Part shown: piece after piece, positions 18,301-26,684 of the stretch | How the letters are laid out: each line of letters starts with the position of its first letter | Numbering within the stretch: the first letter of the stretch is position 1 | From: a virus | Taxonomy: Duplodnaviria; Caudoviricetes | Reading direction: 5' to 3' (one strand) | Virus record (IMG/VR): IMGVR_UViG_3300006789_000092 | Coordinates: 1-32,372 of that record | DNA length: 32,372 nucleotides | Made by a program: the position numbers and the translations under genes | The notes under the pieces: generated by a model | Told to the model about the DNA's origin: nothing | Databases searched by the model: none | The model's input: the letters and a program-made list of their open reading frames with translations, nothing else

Positions 18301-19861
18301 AGCTACTATCAATTTCTATACTATGCCACCCATTTGTTGCCCCATATGTAGCACAATCAAAATTAATATTATCAAATTCTAATACATTTGTACACGGTAC
18401 AGTGCAGCAAGCACTCCCTATAAGATTAATAGTATTAGATATAGAACCTGGACACCCAGGAATTGTATTACCACTACAATCTTTACATGTAGTTAAATAA
18501 TAATTAGGACTACTAGCATCATCACATACAAGTATATCAGTTGAAGTAATAGGTGGAACATATAAATATTCTGAATATATTATACTATGAGAGAAAGGCT
18601 CGTCTACAACAGATGTACCACTTTGATATTTAAGCGTATTTTTTAAAGAATGCCAAGAAGCAACTAAACTTCCTCCACCTAATGGTTGAGGCCAAGACAT
18701 TGTATGCATTAGCCAATCACTATAAAAATTAGAACCAAAACCAATATTATTTAATCCTATATTAGCAGCTCCTCCACCGCTAATAGTAGGTATATGCACA
18801 TTAAGAACTTCAAATTCTTGTTCCATAAGTGTATTCTTATCTGGAACTCCTCTAAGATTAAAAGTAGATGATATATTTCCTCCAGAACCATGAGCCATAG
18901 CTCCATGTGCTCCCCAAGAATATGCATTAGAATAATTAAAAGGAGTTCTTAAATCGTATATCTGATTAGATACACCAGATTGCTGTGGATTATACATCCA
19001 ATCACCATTCCAATAAACTCCTGCAGGGTCATTAATAACAAATGTTTGAGAATATGTAAAGGGAACAAGATTTGCAGTATATCCTGAATTTAAATATTGA
19101 ATACCTCCTGTATAATCAAAATCACCAGAAGGTGGAGCATCATGTGCTTTAACCCCAAAATTAAAAGTATTAGTACCTCCTCCTTGTAAATACTTACTTC
19201 CTTGTTGTTCTAAACCAGGAAGTAACATTGTAAAAGTTTTAGTAAATCCAGAGTTCCAAGTAACTTCAATTTCTCTTTCAACTCCATACGAAGGCATTAA
19301 AGTTGTATTACCATACTTTAAACCTATTTGATCAACCCCTAAAGTATTACTAGTAACAGATTGTGCAGTTGATTGAAGAGTATCTCCTGTAACATCTTGA
19401 ATAGTAACAACAAAATCAAATCCTGAATTAGGATTATTAGTTAAATTAACTGGTTGTTTATTTATATATATATAAGAACACCCGTCTAAAGGATGCCCCC
19501 AACTAGAAATTATATGATGTCTTGGAGCTGTATTCGGAAATCTTGCCTGAACCCCTGCATTTATATTATAATTAGTTAAATCTGTAAGAGGATTACCAGT
19601 ACGTTGGTATAATAAAGGATTTAAACTAGGATTTGCAAGAGGATGTTCTACTAAAGCTAAAAGATCAAGACGATCTTCTAGATCTTGAATATCTTGATCT
19701 GTAACAGGGTCATTTATTTGTTCATCATCACTACCGCCTTCACTGCCTCCTTCTCCTCCTTCTCCTCCTTCTTCATCATCTGAATCATAATCATCTCCTT
19801 CACCGCCGCCTCCGCCGGTGACCATGTCGAAGTATATCCAAGGGTAAAGAGAGCTTAACAT
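15389..19861 (-). CDS. Giant Cys-rich virion-associated protein with GCxD repeats and SprB-like repeats
   Basis: 1490 aa, no signal peptide. Acidic Gly-rich N-terminus, at least 6 GC(T/M)DP...NY-type repeats, 'TGLAPGVYKAIVTDSYGC'-type repeats, helical Cys-containing C-terminal domain. Confidence 0.65.
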   Translation of the reverse strand: MLSSLYPWIYFDMVTGGGGGEGDDYDSDDEEGGEGGEGGSEGGSDDEQINDPVTDQDIQDLEDRLDLLALVEHPLANPSLNPLLYQRTGNPLTDLTNYNINAGVQARFPNTAPRHHIISSWGHPLDGCSYIYINKQPVNLTNNPNSGFDFVVTIQDVTGDTLQSTAQSVTSNTLGVDQIGLKYGNTTLMPSYGVEREIEVTWNSGFTKTFTMLLPGLEQQGSKYLQGGGTNTFNFGVKAHDAPPSGDFDYTGGIQYLNSGYTANLVPFTYSQTFVINDPAGVYWNGDWMYNPQQSGVSNQIYDLRTPFNYSNAYSWGAHGAMAHGSGGNISSTFNLRGVPDKNTLMEQEFEVLNVHIPTISGGGAANIGLNNIGFGSNFYSDWLMHTMSWPQPLGGGSLVASWHSLKNTLKYQSGTSVVDEPFSHSIIYSEYLYVPPITSTDILVCDDASSPNYYLTTCKDCSGNTIPGCPGSISNTINLIGSACCTVPCTNVLEFDNINFDCATYGATNGWHSIEIDSSFAGTPWTSGSDYTWTLTTTGTTGASITMSAPPTGGNTFTHSCVTNTTSGSEHTLTCSGNAQISTGLKISGTGIPSNSFVGNILTPAQPSSTYSVTKFEIVDSTGSIVSATTAATNTMTFSAGTKIVWRALQPNSGPGGIGGYYTIKAVDSVGCDVEYSFTICEDPQVEGCTSSTAINYNSSATVGCMDCCVWCNLNSDGLLTDTSAGYSGDLFNVTSLTNTQITTNDSTSNGKLAASANLINSVLPYLDLDGTQSFTMTLYKTATFGGALPGSATATQAGLGTNQTGASHIFTGLAYGYYAVKVQLVDSDEAHGLEDCYTVFYGKVQAYVCDDPSSSSYNTTVPNDLAVHDSTLCTVSIECCELSALRILSSGCETTLTADLTCSPRADQVVGYWTFNGNVISGSAFTLNSPGSSGLSLVPITISGPGIYEVQITANYSLRGQPYYCNDSLTINVTPESFLICGCTDPVALNYNLLATADCIGVQGGTNHGCCTYCIYGCMDPTANNYNSNATCDDGSCTWDIYGCMDPLAANYNPAATIDDQSCEYSACLDQHAANYLEDCKGNLVPNATINNASCCFYPCTDPVTGQPSNSATLTVVTVDSTGTCTTPISDGTAVVTVTINSGAPNWTIYYTDGAGTTLYTDSTIYSGSGSATIWTGLAPGVYKAIVTDSYGCVDELLFAVSSSPTDVGCTDPAATNYDPNADCDDGSCIFCGCMDPLAINYNPGATCDDGTCIYPAMRLGDCIPATIEDTLNRIRACTLKRGSEFLKDIKLGVNEDCFTLDKWKLILIGYLLGRYKYGLDCLFNCEDEETPDGPADSCADKWVTGGPVTGVNDQGYAGSSITTGEGTTVDTPSLFFVFANQLHTGDIIKMPSGIIWEMVALGNCTFGCYNPETPQGASSGHWAICNPAYELNITTTTNYIDNFINFVNIFCEDCDTETDYEVTGGQPVEPTYKRTLDFTQNNITFNF

Positions 19862-19883
19862 ATTATTATAATTTTGTAATTAA

Positions 19884-20408
19884 TTAACAATCACATCCAC
19901 ACAATGAACCACATAACTCTACAGCTTTGTTATACTTATTAAGAATATCTATATAATATCCCATATTAACAGAGCCGTCTACAGTTTGAGCAAGTTCTAC
20001 AGCAGATTGTGCTGATCGTAACAATAAAAATATTTTTTGTGCCTTTGCTAATGTACTTGCACATTTAGGACAATCACAAGCACATTCTAATAACGTATTA
20101 GTTAAGTCGGTTAAACAACAATCTACATTACAAGATATTAGTACTGGTTTACAAACTTGTTCATTTCCACCTTCAATTAAACAAATTTTATACAAACCAT
20201 TAGCAGAAGATAAAGTATCTACATCTATGTTTACTACTCCATATCCACCACCTCCACTAAAGTTAATTGCTACATTTGGACTTACTAGAGCTCCTGTATC
20301 ATAATTAGAAATTTGAATTTCTCCAGACGCGCCAGGAACAGGAAGATAACTCTTAGATCTAACGGTTAAAACCTTACAAGAGTTATGTACTTGTATAGTT
20401 AAAGACAT
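19884..20408 (-). CDS. Cys-rich structural protein, possibly tail hub-type
   Basis: Start MSLTIQV at 20408 preferred because the track start (20438) lies inside a terminator hairpin. Contains 'CACDCPKC' and C-terminal 'CGSLCGCDC'. Confidence 0.6.
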   Translation of the reverse strand: MSLTIQVHNSCKVLTVRSKSYLPVPGASGEIQISNYDTGALVSPNVAINFSGGGGYGVVNIDVDTLSSANGLYKICLIEGGNEQVCKPVLISCNVDCCLTDLTNTLLECACDCPKCASTLAKAQKIFLLLRSAQSAVELAQTVDGSVNMGYYIDILNKYNKAVELCGSLCGCDC

Positions 20409-20424
20409 ATTATTTGATTTTTTT

Positions 20425-20466
20425 AAAAAAAAGACCATTAGGGGGACTATGCCCCCTATTAGTCTT
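20425..20466 (-). terminator. Rho-independent terminator
   Basis: Minus strand AAGACTAATAGGGGG-CATAGT-CCCCCTAATGGTC followed by a run of 8 T, just after the 20484 stop. Confidence 0.8.
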
Positions 20467-20483
20467 ATATTAGATTAATACTA

Positions 20484-20861
20484 TTAAGCGCTTTCAGGGC
20501 CTATATAATACTCTACATAACAATCAACTACACCAGCAGTTAAAGCTGCTGTTGCAATTACAAACTGTAAACCTGTTGAAGATGTAGTTTTATCTACAAC
20601 AGTATGTTCCGTTACGTCCTCATCATCAAAAGCTCCATTGTTATATGCTGTTGCAGCTAACAAAGTAACTCCTCCCGTAGTAAGGGATAGAGTAGCTGAG
20701 CCGCCACTAGTCATTGCTGTAGTTACTACAGAGTAGCATCTAACAATAATTGCATTATTAGGAACAATTGCTGAATTATCTGGTACTATTGTACTAGCAG
20801 CACCGCCATCGACTGCAAAGTCGTATTTAGCGTGTGCTGTCATTAATTTTGGATTTGCCAT
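20484..20861 (-). CDS. Small jelly-roll capsid decoration/spike-base-like protein
   Basis: 125 aa; 'YDFAVDGGA', 'VPNNAII...VTTAMTSGGSATL' and 'LTAGVV...VEY' pattern seen in head decoration proteins. Confidence 0.55.
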   Translation of the reverse strand: MANPKLMTAHAKYDFAVDGGAASTIVPDNSAIVPNNAIIVRCYSVVTTAMTSGGSATLSLTTGGVTLLAATAYNNGAFDDEDVTEHTVVDKTTSSTGLQFVIATAALTAGVVDCYVEYYIGPESA

Positions 20862-20887
20862 TTTATTTTATTTTTTAAAGATTAATA

Positions 20888-21841
20888 TTATAGCGCAACT
20901 GGAGAAAATCCAACACTTCCTAAATACGCGTTCATTCTATTTTCAAAAGATAATGCATTAGCACCTGATCCAGTCGTGATAGCAACACTAATATCAATTA
21001 AATTATCTACACCATGAATCTGAGATGCAGAACTACCATCTTTAGTAGCTACAACGTTCCAAACATCATAGTTTCTTGTTACTACAGCATTAGTATTAGG
21101 AGCAACAGGTTGTTGAATTCTATTATAGTAACCAGAATTAATTCCCTGAAGATCTTGTTCCATATCTTGAATATACTCACCATCACCATAACCAGGAGTA
21201 CCATCTTGTGCACCATTAGCTGCTGTATAAGTTTGAGTTGTAGTTGGATTAACAGAGACACAAACATCAAATATAGCTGGAGCATAATTCCAAACTAAGT
21301 TTGCTCCACCTGCTGCGGAAGTAGCTCCTTTTAAAGTTCCTGTAAATGTTACTGTTGTAGTTCCTGCAGCAGTTGTTAACCATGCTGGTACATAAGTTAA
21401 AGCATCAAATGCAGTAACAATCGCTGCTCCTGCAGTTGCTGCGTTTGAGCTAGCTGCAATAGTTACATTAAATTTAAAGAATTCTGGTGTAAAACTATCT
21501 CTTCTTGTAAATTTAACTTCTATATCTTTAGCTGCTGCCGCAGATGTTCCACTTGGAGCTAAAGTACTAGTATGTGCAGTTTGTGCTGCGTAACTTGCGC
21601 CACTCCAATTAATTACATCTCTACCATAAAACCAAGGGGATACAATGTTTATACCTGAACCAGAACTATCTCCTTGAACTATTCTAATTCGATCAGCATC
21701 TGCTACAGTTTCTCCTACTACTAAAGAGGACATACCGCCAGTACCTGCTGCTTCTTTTTGGATATCGATGGACCCAAAGTCTAATACATTATTAGTGTAC
21801 GAAACTGCGCTCTCATCTCCAATATACAAATGTCTTGCCAT
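20888..21841 (-). CDS. Auxiliary capsid/structural protein
   Basis: 317 aa, A/T/S-rich, 'GTPGYG...QDMEQDLQG..GYYNR'; position third after the MCP matches crAss-like gene order. Confidence 0.55.
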   Translation of the reverse strand: MARHLYIGDESAVSYTNNVLDFGSIDIQKEAAGTGGMSSLVVGETVADADRIRIVQGDSSGSGINIVSPWFYGRDVINWSGASYAAQTAHTSTLAPSGTSAAAAKDIEVKFTRRDSFTPEFFKFNVTIAASSNAATAGAAIVTAFDALTYVPAWLTTAAGTTTVTFTGTLKGATSAAGGANLVWNYAPAIFDVCVSVNPTTTQTYTAANGAQDGTPGYGDGEYIQDMEQDLQGINSGYYNRIQQPVAPNTNAVVTRNYDVWNVVATKDGSSASQIHGVDNLIDISVAITTGSGANALSFENRMNAYLGSVGFSPVAL

Positions 21842-21865
21842 TTTTTCTAATTTTTAAATTAATAA

Positions 21866-23038
21866 TTATTCATTCTTGCTCACCTCTAGTTGATGAGACT
21901 TGTATCTAGGGTCACTAATTCCCTCTAAAATGCTGCTTACTGTCATATCCACAATTTCTTGATGAGAATGGTTAGGTAGTTCACAACTAGCCCCCAAAGA
22001 TAGTGAAATTTCTTTAGGTTTTCTAATATAAGTAATTTTGACTGCATCTATTATAAATATATCACTCGTGTAAATATCTATATAATGTCCACGAATTGTT
22101 GTAAGTGGAGCAGTATGTTTTGTTGTATTAAAAGGATCTCGTAAAAGAGTTGTTATATCATCATGTTGAATAAATTTATTTGGAGATGCAATTTTAGTTA
22201 TTGTATTTCCTCTACTAACAGGATCTCTTCTATTTCCAAATGCAGTTTCCGCATATTGAGCATAAGCTGTAGTTAATATAGTTCCAGAAGCAGTTCCTCC
22301 TTGCATAACTGTTTGTAGATTTGATCCAGAGATACTATTAGTAACTGAAGCATCCCAATTAAACCAATCATAAATATTAGTATCTACTATAACTATAAAT
22401 TGTCCTGGATAATTTAACTCTCCATATTGTTCCCAATAAACAGAAATACCACTTATAGCATTTCCTTGTGCTAATATATCCGTTCGAACGGCCTCTATAT
22501 CAGCAGGGTATTGAAAACTCGAAAGATTAATCCAAAGTAAAAATGCTCCTAAACTTAAATCATCAGGATCTGCTGCCATTCTTATTGCTGTTACAAAATC
22601 TGTAGAATTTCCTCCTTCATTATTACAAACAAAAGTATCTAAATCTAAAGTAAAATAATTAACAGGATCTGAATCCCTTAATGTCCAATTTATAAGATTA
22701 CATTCATTTATAAAAATATCAGATTTTTGATTTACCAAATACATATAATCATTTGGTAATCTAAAACTATCGACCCAAAAATTGGAATCATATCGTTCTT
22801 TATATGTTGTAGGGGCTTTATACTCTGTTACTATTGTACGAATATCATCAACTCTTTTTTGACTTTCTTCAAATCCTTTTTGATATTTATTATTCTTACC
22901 GTATTTGGTATTAATAAATCTCATTTGAGACTTATTTAATTCAATATCAATTTCTTCAGATAAAAGCATATCAGCTTGGAGTGAATTAATTTTATCCACT
23001 CCTTGCTGAATTGCTAAATGCATTTGCTGTACATTCAT
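21866..23038 (-). CDS. crAss-like tail ring/adaptor protein
   Basis: 'EIDIELNKSQ', 'GFEESQKRVDDIRTIV', 'LPNDYMYLV' and 'YIRKP...CELPNHSHQEIVD' motifs of this family. Confidence 0.7.
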   Translation of the reverse strand: MNVQQMHLAIQQGVDKINSLQADMLLSEEIDIELNKSQMRFINTKYGKNNKYQKGFEESQKRVDDIRTIVTEYKAPTTYKERYDSNFWVDSFRLPNDYMYLVNQKSDIFINECNLINWTLRDSDPVNYFTLDLDTFVCNNEGGNSTDFVTAIRMAADPDDLSLGAFLLWINLSSFQYPADIEAVRTDILAQGNAISGISVYWEQYGELNYPGQFIVIVDTNIYDWFNWDASVTNSISGSNLQTVMQGGTASGTILTTAYAQYAETAFGNRRDPVSRGNTITKIASPNKFIQHDDITTLLRDPFNTTKHTAPLTTIRGHYIDIYTSDIFIIDAVKITYIRKPKEISLSLGASCELPNHSHQEIVDMTVSSILEGISDPRYKSHQLEVSKNE

Positions 23039-23039
23039 A

Positions 23040-23852
23040 CTATACTAATGATAACTCTTTAAGTTTTGCTCTTAAAATTGTTAATTTCCCAGAATTCTTT
23101 TTATCTTTAAGATGTACTACAGCGTTATCAATTGTATCACCAAGTACTTCATCAATAAAGATAACTTGATTTCCAATCTTTCTTAGAACTCCAGCTGAAA
23201 CCATTTCTTCAATTTCAGATTTAAGTTCTAGATTTTTATCTATAGCAATCCTAACAAACTTCTTAGGACTCTTATTTTTGATTTCGTAAAGCGCATTTTC
23301 AATTTGCTCACTAGTCAATCTATCAGGGTTAACATCGGACATAAGTCGTAATATTCTCTTCATAGATTTTGGATTAGACGAAGCTTTAATAAATTCTTTA
23401 TCTGCATCTTTCTTAAATTGAATAGAGTTATTTTTAACTTTATCTTCTCTTGAAAGATCTTGAATATAGAATCTTTTACTATAGTCCTTATCCATCTCTT
23501 CTTTAGTAAGAGCTACATGTGGATGCCTAAGTGCAAAATTATATTTAATATAATCCATAATACTTAAAGGTTTTCCATTATCATCCTTACCAATTTCAAG
23601 TTCTACTCCTGTAAAACCTACAGGAATTGTAAGTTCTGCCCAGAATTGTTTAGAATGTCTAGGCCAATCACCATGATCAGGACTAACATCTAATACTTCT
23701 TGCATATACTTTTTTTCATCTTCAGGATCGAAACCCTTCAGAGGTTGTCTATTTACATAAACACTACTGATTCGCATTACTGCTTCAGCTCTTACTGCTT
23801 TAGGCAAATGGTTTAATAACTCTTTTTGCCTAAGAAAAACTTTTTTACTCAT
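23040..23852 (-). CDS. Conserved crAss-like protein immediately downstream of the MCP
   Basis: 270 aa; 'GVELEIG...PLSIMDYIKYNFALRHPHVA'; positional conservation. Confidence 0.65.
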   Translation of the reverse strand: MSKKVFLRQKELLNHLPKAVRAEAVMRISSVYVNRQPLKGFDPEDEKKYMQEVLDVSPDHGDWPRHSKQFWAELTIPVGFTGVELEIGKDDNGKPLSIMDYIKYNFALRHPHVALTKEEMDKDYSKRFYIQDLSREDKVKNNSIQFKKDADKEFIKASSNPKSMKRILRLMSDVNPDRLTSEQIENALYEIKNKSPKKFVRIAIDKNLELKSEIEEMVSAGVLRKIGNQVIFIDEVLGDTIDNAVVHLKDKKNSGKLTILRAKLKELSLV

Positions 23853-23916
23853 AATTTCAGTTCTTTTTTTTAGTTAATAATTGTTCATAGGGTGGAAAGA
23901 ATAACTCTCCTATATT

Positions 23917-23957
23917 TAAAATTAAAGCTGAGGGGGATTGCTCCCCCACAACCTTAA
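23917..23957 (-). terminator. Stem-loop/terminator after the MCP
   Basis: Minus strand AAGGTTGTGGGGGA-GCAA-TCCCCCTCAGCTTT-AATTTT: GNRA tetraloop and an imperfect U-tract. Confidence 0.7.
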
Positions 23958-23993
23958 TCAAAAACCAATATATAGACGCAAATTAATGCCAAA

Positions 23994-25445
23994 TTAAGAT
24001 GCTGTACAAGTGATGTCTATTGAAGTATCAAATCTCTTAAGAGCGATACCTGCAGTTTTCAACATATGTACAGACGCACCATCAACATCAGAAGCTCTAG
24101 CGGAAGTTGAATCAAATCCTCTAGGAACTACTGAACCAGCTACACACCATCTCATAGACTCACGACCTTTTTTCGAGATCATTTGTAAATTGTTTTGACC
24201 ATCATAATTTGATTGATCAACAAATACCATTCTATAAGATTCAAGTGAATATCCAGTTGTTGGGTGTTTCGAACGAGCTTGTGCAACTGCACCATGATCA
24301 AACATAGGAAGTTTTACAACATTCACACTATGTCCATCAATATGCTCATACGAATTAAAGTAACCAGTTAAACCTAGCGATCTGCCAGAGCCTGTAATAA
24401 ATTTATGGTCTCCTGTTGTCATCCATGTGTTTGTTTGACCTCCGAAATGATTTTTAAGGGCTTCATCAAATTCACGTGCTCCACCAGTACCAGTATAAAG
24501 AGTTACTTGTTTTTTAGCAGCATCAGTCATTCCGTAGAATAAGTCACCGATGATGTTTTTTAATTTTGTTTCAGTCATTGAAGAGTAAGTATCAGTATTG
24601 ACAATTTGCTCTAAAAGACCAGGACCTATGATTACAGGTTGTCCATTCTCATCTTTCATATAAGTATGTCCATTCTGATCATATGATTTTTCTCCATACC
24701 AGTAATACATCTCACACTCTTCTTTAAAGTCAAGCATATGTAAATACTCTTCATAGTCCATCCAAAGTTTAGTAGAAGATCCCCCTTTAGTTGGTAGAGA
24801 AAACTCTGCTACATAATCTTTAGCGTTTCCAGACATGTGGTAAGATTTTCTAACTGTAGTTAGTTTGTTTCTTACTAATCCTGGAGTTTCCCAGTTTGAA
24901 GCATTACCTCTAGAGAAGTCTACTCCTACTGGTGCGTACATTTGCGCCCAAAGCGCTCCTGCCACACAATCAGCAGCTGCACAAACTGTTGCAGGTGCTG
25001 GGTTAACTAATTGTAATGTATATTTCCAAGAAGTTCCCCCAGATACTTGTTCTGGTTCTTTCATAATACGTGCTTGAGTACCTGCTTGAGATACTAATAC
25101 GTATGGAAATACAAAATGTTTGTCAGGAAATTCTAACTCAAAAGCTGCTCCTCCTTGACCTATTGCTGTGCCTGTTGGTCCTGCTACTGAAACTGGTCTC
25201 GTCCTCAATCTATGTGTTGCCACACGATATTCATACTCCAAGCGATCAATAGATTTAGTATTACCAACACCTTCTGTTAAGAAAGATAAAGGAAACCTCT
25301 TGTCATCTTTTCCTGCTAAATGAGTAATAATTGGAGACAGCTCAGTAGGTTTGGACAACAGCGCATTTGAGAGACTGTTCATATCAGTCATCTGCGAATC
25401 ATTGTAAAACGTCTTTTGGACGCTTATATTTGTTCCATCTGGCAT
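23994..25445 (-). CDS. Major capsid protein, crAss-like
   Basis: 483 aa; 'TDMNSL', 'FPLSFLTEG', 'SRGNASNW...RNKLTTVRKSY', 'GPGLLEQI', 'YTGTGGAREFDEA' and 'ESYRMVFVD' match crAss-like MCPs; follows portal and scaffold. Confidence 0.88.
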   Translation of the reverse strand: MPDGTNISVQKTFYNDSQMTDMNSLSNALLSKPTELSPIITHLAGKDDKRFPLSFLTEGVGNTKSIDRLEYEYRVATHRLRTRPVSVAGPTGTAIGQGGAAFELEFPDKHFVFPYVLVSQAGTQARIMKEPEQVSGGTSWKYTLQLVNPAPATVCAAADCVAGALWAQMYAPVGVDFSRGNASNWETPGLVRNKLTTVRKSYHMSGNAKDYVAEFSLPTKGGSSTKLWMDYEEYLHMLDFKEECEMYYWYGEKSYDQNGHTYMKDENGQPVIIGPGLLEQIVNTDTYSSMTETKLKNIIGDLFYGMTDAAKKQVTLYTGTGGAREFDEALKNHFGGQTNTWMTTGDHKFITGSGRSLGLTGYFNSYEHIDGHSVNVVKLPMFDHGAVAQARSKHPTTGYSLESYRMVFVDQSNYDGQNNLQMISKKGRESMRWCVAGSVVPRGFDSTSARASDVDGASVHMLKTAGIALKRFDTSIDITCTAS

Positions 25446-25460
25446 ATCTAATTATTTTTA

Positions 25461-25490
25461 TGGGCCCCGATCTCCCGTTATTCTGGGGAT
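25461..25490 (-). promoter_or_regulatory. GC-rich structured element in the MCP 5' leader
   Basis: Minus strand ATCCCCAGAATAACGGGAGATCGGGGCCCA, ending about 15 nt before the MCP ATG, in otherwise AT-rich DNA. Confidence 0.4.
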
Positions 25491-25501
25491 ATTTTAGTTA
25501 T

Positions 25502-26593
25502 TTAAATACTAAGATCAAGATCATCTAAATCTACATTCTTACTTCTCCTACTCTTTTTACGAGCACTTTTAACAGTTTCTTCATTTTTAGAAATCTTTTC
25601 TCTCAGGGATTTAGATGCTTTTGTTTTAGCTTTAGTGTTAATAATTTGGTCTAGATTAAATCCTTTGTACATTAAATAATCTATAGCCAATTTAGTTTCC
25701 ATCTCAGCTTCCGAATGATCTATATCTCTTTGTGTGTAACCCTCACGAGTTACGGGTTTAGAAAGATAGTTAAAAAACTTTGACTTTTCTCTTTCAGGCA
25801 CATGTAATCCAGCAAATTCTTTAGAAGTTTCAATAGTCTCTGCTACTCCCTCCCAAAATTTAGTTTGTTGTGTGTGTTGTTCCTGCATTTGTTCTTTTTG
25901 TTTTTCTACTAATTGTTCTCTTTCTTGAGTTTGTACTTTTCCTAAAGCTTGCTTTGCAGCATCTGCCTTAGCATGTAGTTTACCAGAATCTTCATAATCT
26001 CCGAGCATTTCATCAATAAATTCTTTATCATGCCCTTTTGCGGAAAAATAATCTGATAAAATTGCCTTTTGACTACGAACATCATCTTCAGCAATCTCTA
26101 TCTTAGTATAATCCAAATTAGGATCATGAGCTTGCATAAAGTTTTCAGATTCTCCTCCAGATAAAACATATTCTAGATGATCTTTTACTAACGGAAACTT
26201 TTCTAAAACTTCATCGATTCTGTCATCAGCCATTTTAGAAGCTACATCTTTTGTTAAGTTAGTTAATCCTTCAGAGGTATCTTCATATTTTCCATCTAAT
26301 TCATACCCTAAACTATTTAAAATTTCTCCAACAACGGTATCTTCTTCAGAAGATTTTTCATCTTCTTTAGCTTCTTCATCTTTTATTTCCTCTTCTTCCT
26401 CTTCTTCTTCTTCCTTTTCTACACTATCTTCATTAGATTCAGATTCTTCTTCATCTAATTTACTTTCTTCAGGAGATTCAACTTTCTTTTCATCTTCCTG
26501 AGCTGGAGCTATTTCTTCTGTGGCTACCCCTTCACCACTGATAACATCATCTAATGTGATGTCATCTAATTGAATTTTTTCATTTGTGTCCAT
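25502..26593 (-). CDS. Putative capsid scaffolding/assembly protein
   Basis: 363 aa, very acidic disordered N-terminus, coiled-coil middle, directly upstream of the MCP. Confidence 0.65.
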   Translation of the reverse strand: MDTNEKIQLDDITLDDVISGEGVATEEIAPAQEDEKKVESPEESKLDEEESESNEDSVEKEEEEEEEEEIKDEEAKEDEKSSEEDTVVGEILNSLGYELDGKYEDTSEGLTNLTKDVASKMADDRIDEVLEKFPLVKDHLEYVLSGGESENFMQAHDPNLDYTKIEIAEDDVRSQKAILSDYFSAKGHDKEFIDEMLGDYEDSGKLHAKADAAKQALGKVQTQEREQLVEKQKEQMQEQHTQQTKFWEGVAETIETSKEFAGLHVPEREKSKFFNYLSKPVTREGYTQRDIDHSEAEMETKLAIDYLMYKGFNLDQIINTKAKTKASKSLREKISKNEETVKSARKKSRRSKNVDLDDLDLSI

Positions 26594-26613
26594 ATATTTA
26601 TTGTTTTAAGTTA

Positions 26614-26621
26614 CAAAAATA
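26614..26621 (-). promoter_or_regulatory. Candidate Bacteroidota -7 promoter element (TAnnTTTG)
   Basis: Minus strand TATTTTTG(TAA) about 20 nt upstream of the scaffold ATG, within a 91-nt AT-rich gap. Confidence 0.45.
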
Positions 26622-26684
26622 AGTATTTATATTGATATTTTTTATAAGTGTTAATTTTTTAATATTTATATTATTATATAACAC

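Noticed and set aside
20409-20438. N-terminal extension MVFFLKKSNN of the 184-aa ORF
   Set aside because: It overlaps the terminator stem and U-tract; the ATG at 20408 has a typical A-rich leader.
5882-21285. Alternative-frame minus-strand ORFs 5882..6121, 7293..7622, 9303..9485 and 21082..21285
   Set aside because: They are nested within well-supported genes, and their hydrophobic look is expected from frame-shifted AT-rich codons. An embedded lysis gene at 5882..6121 cannot be fully excluded but has no lipobox or other support.
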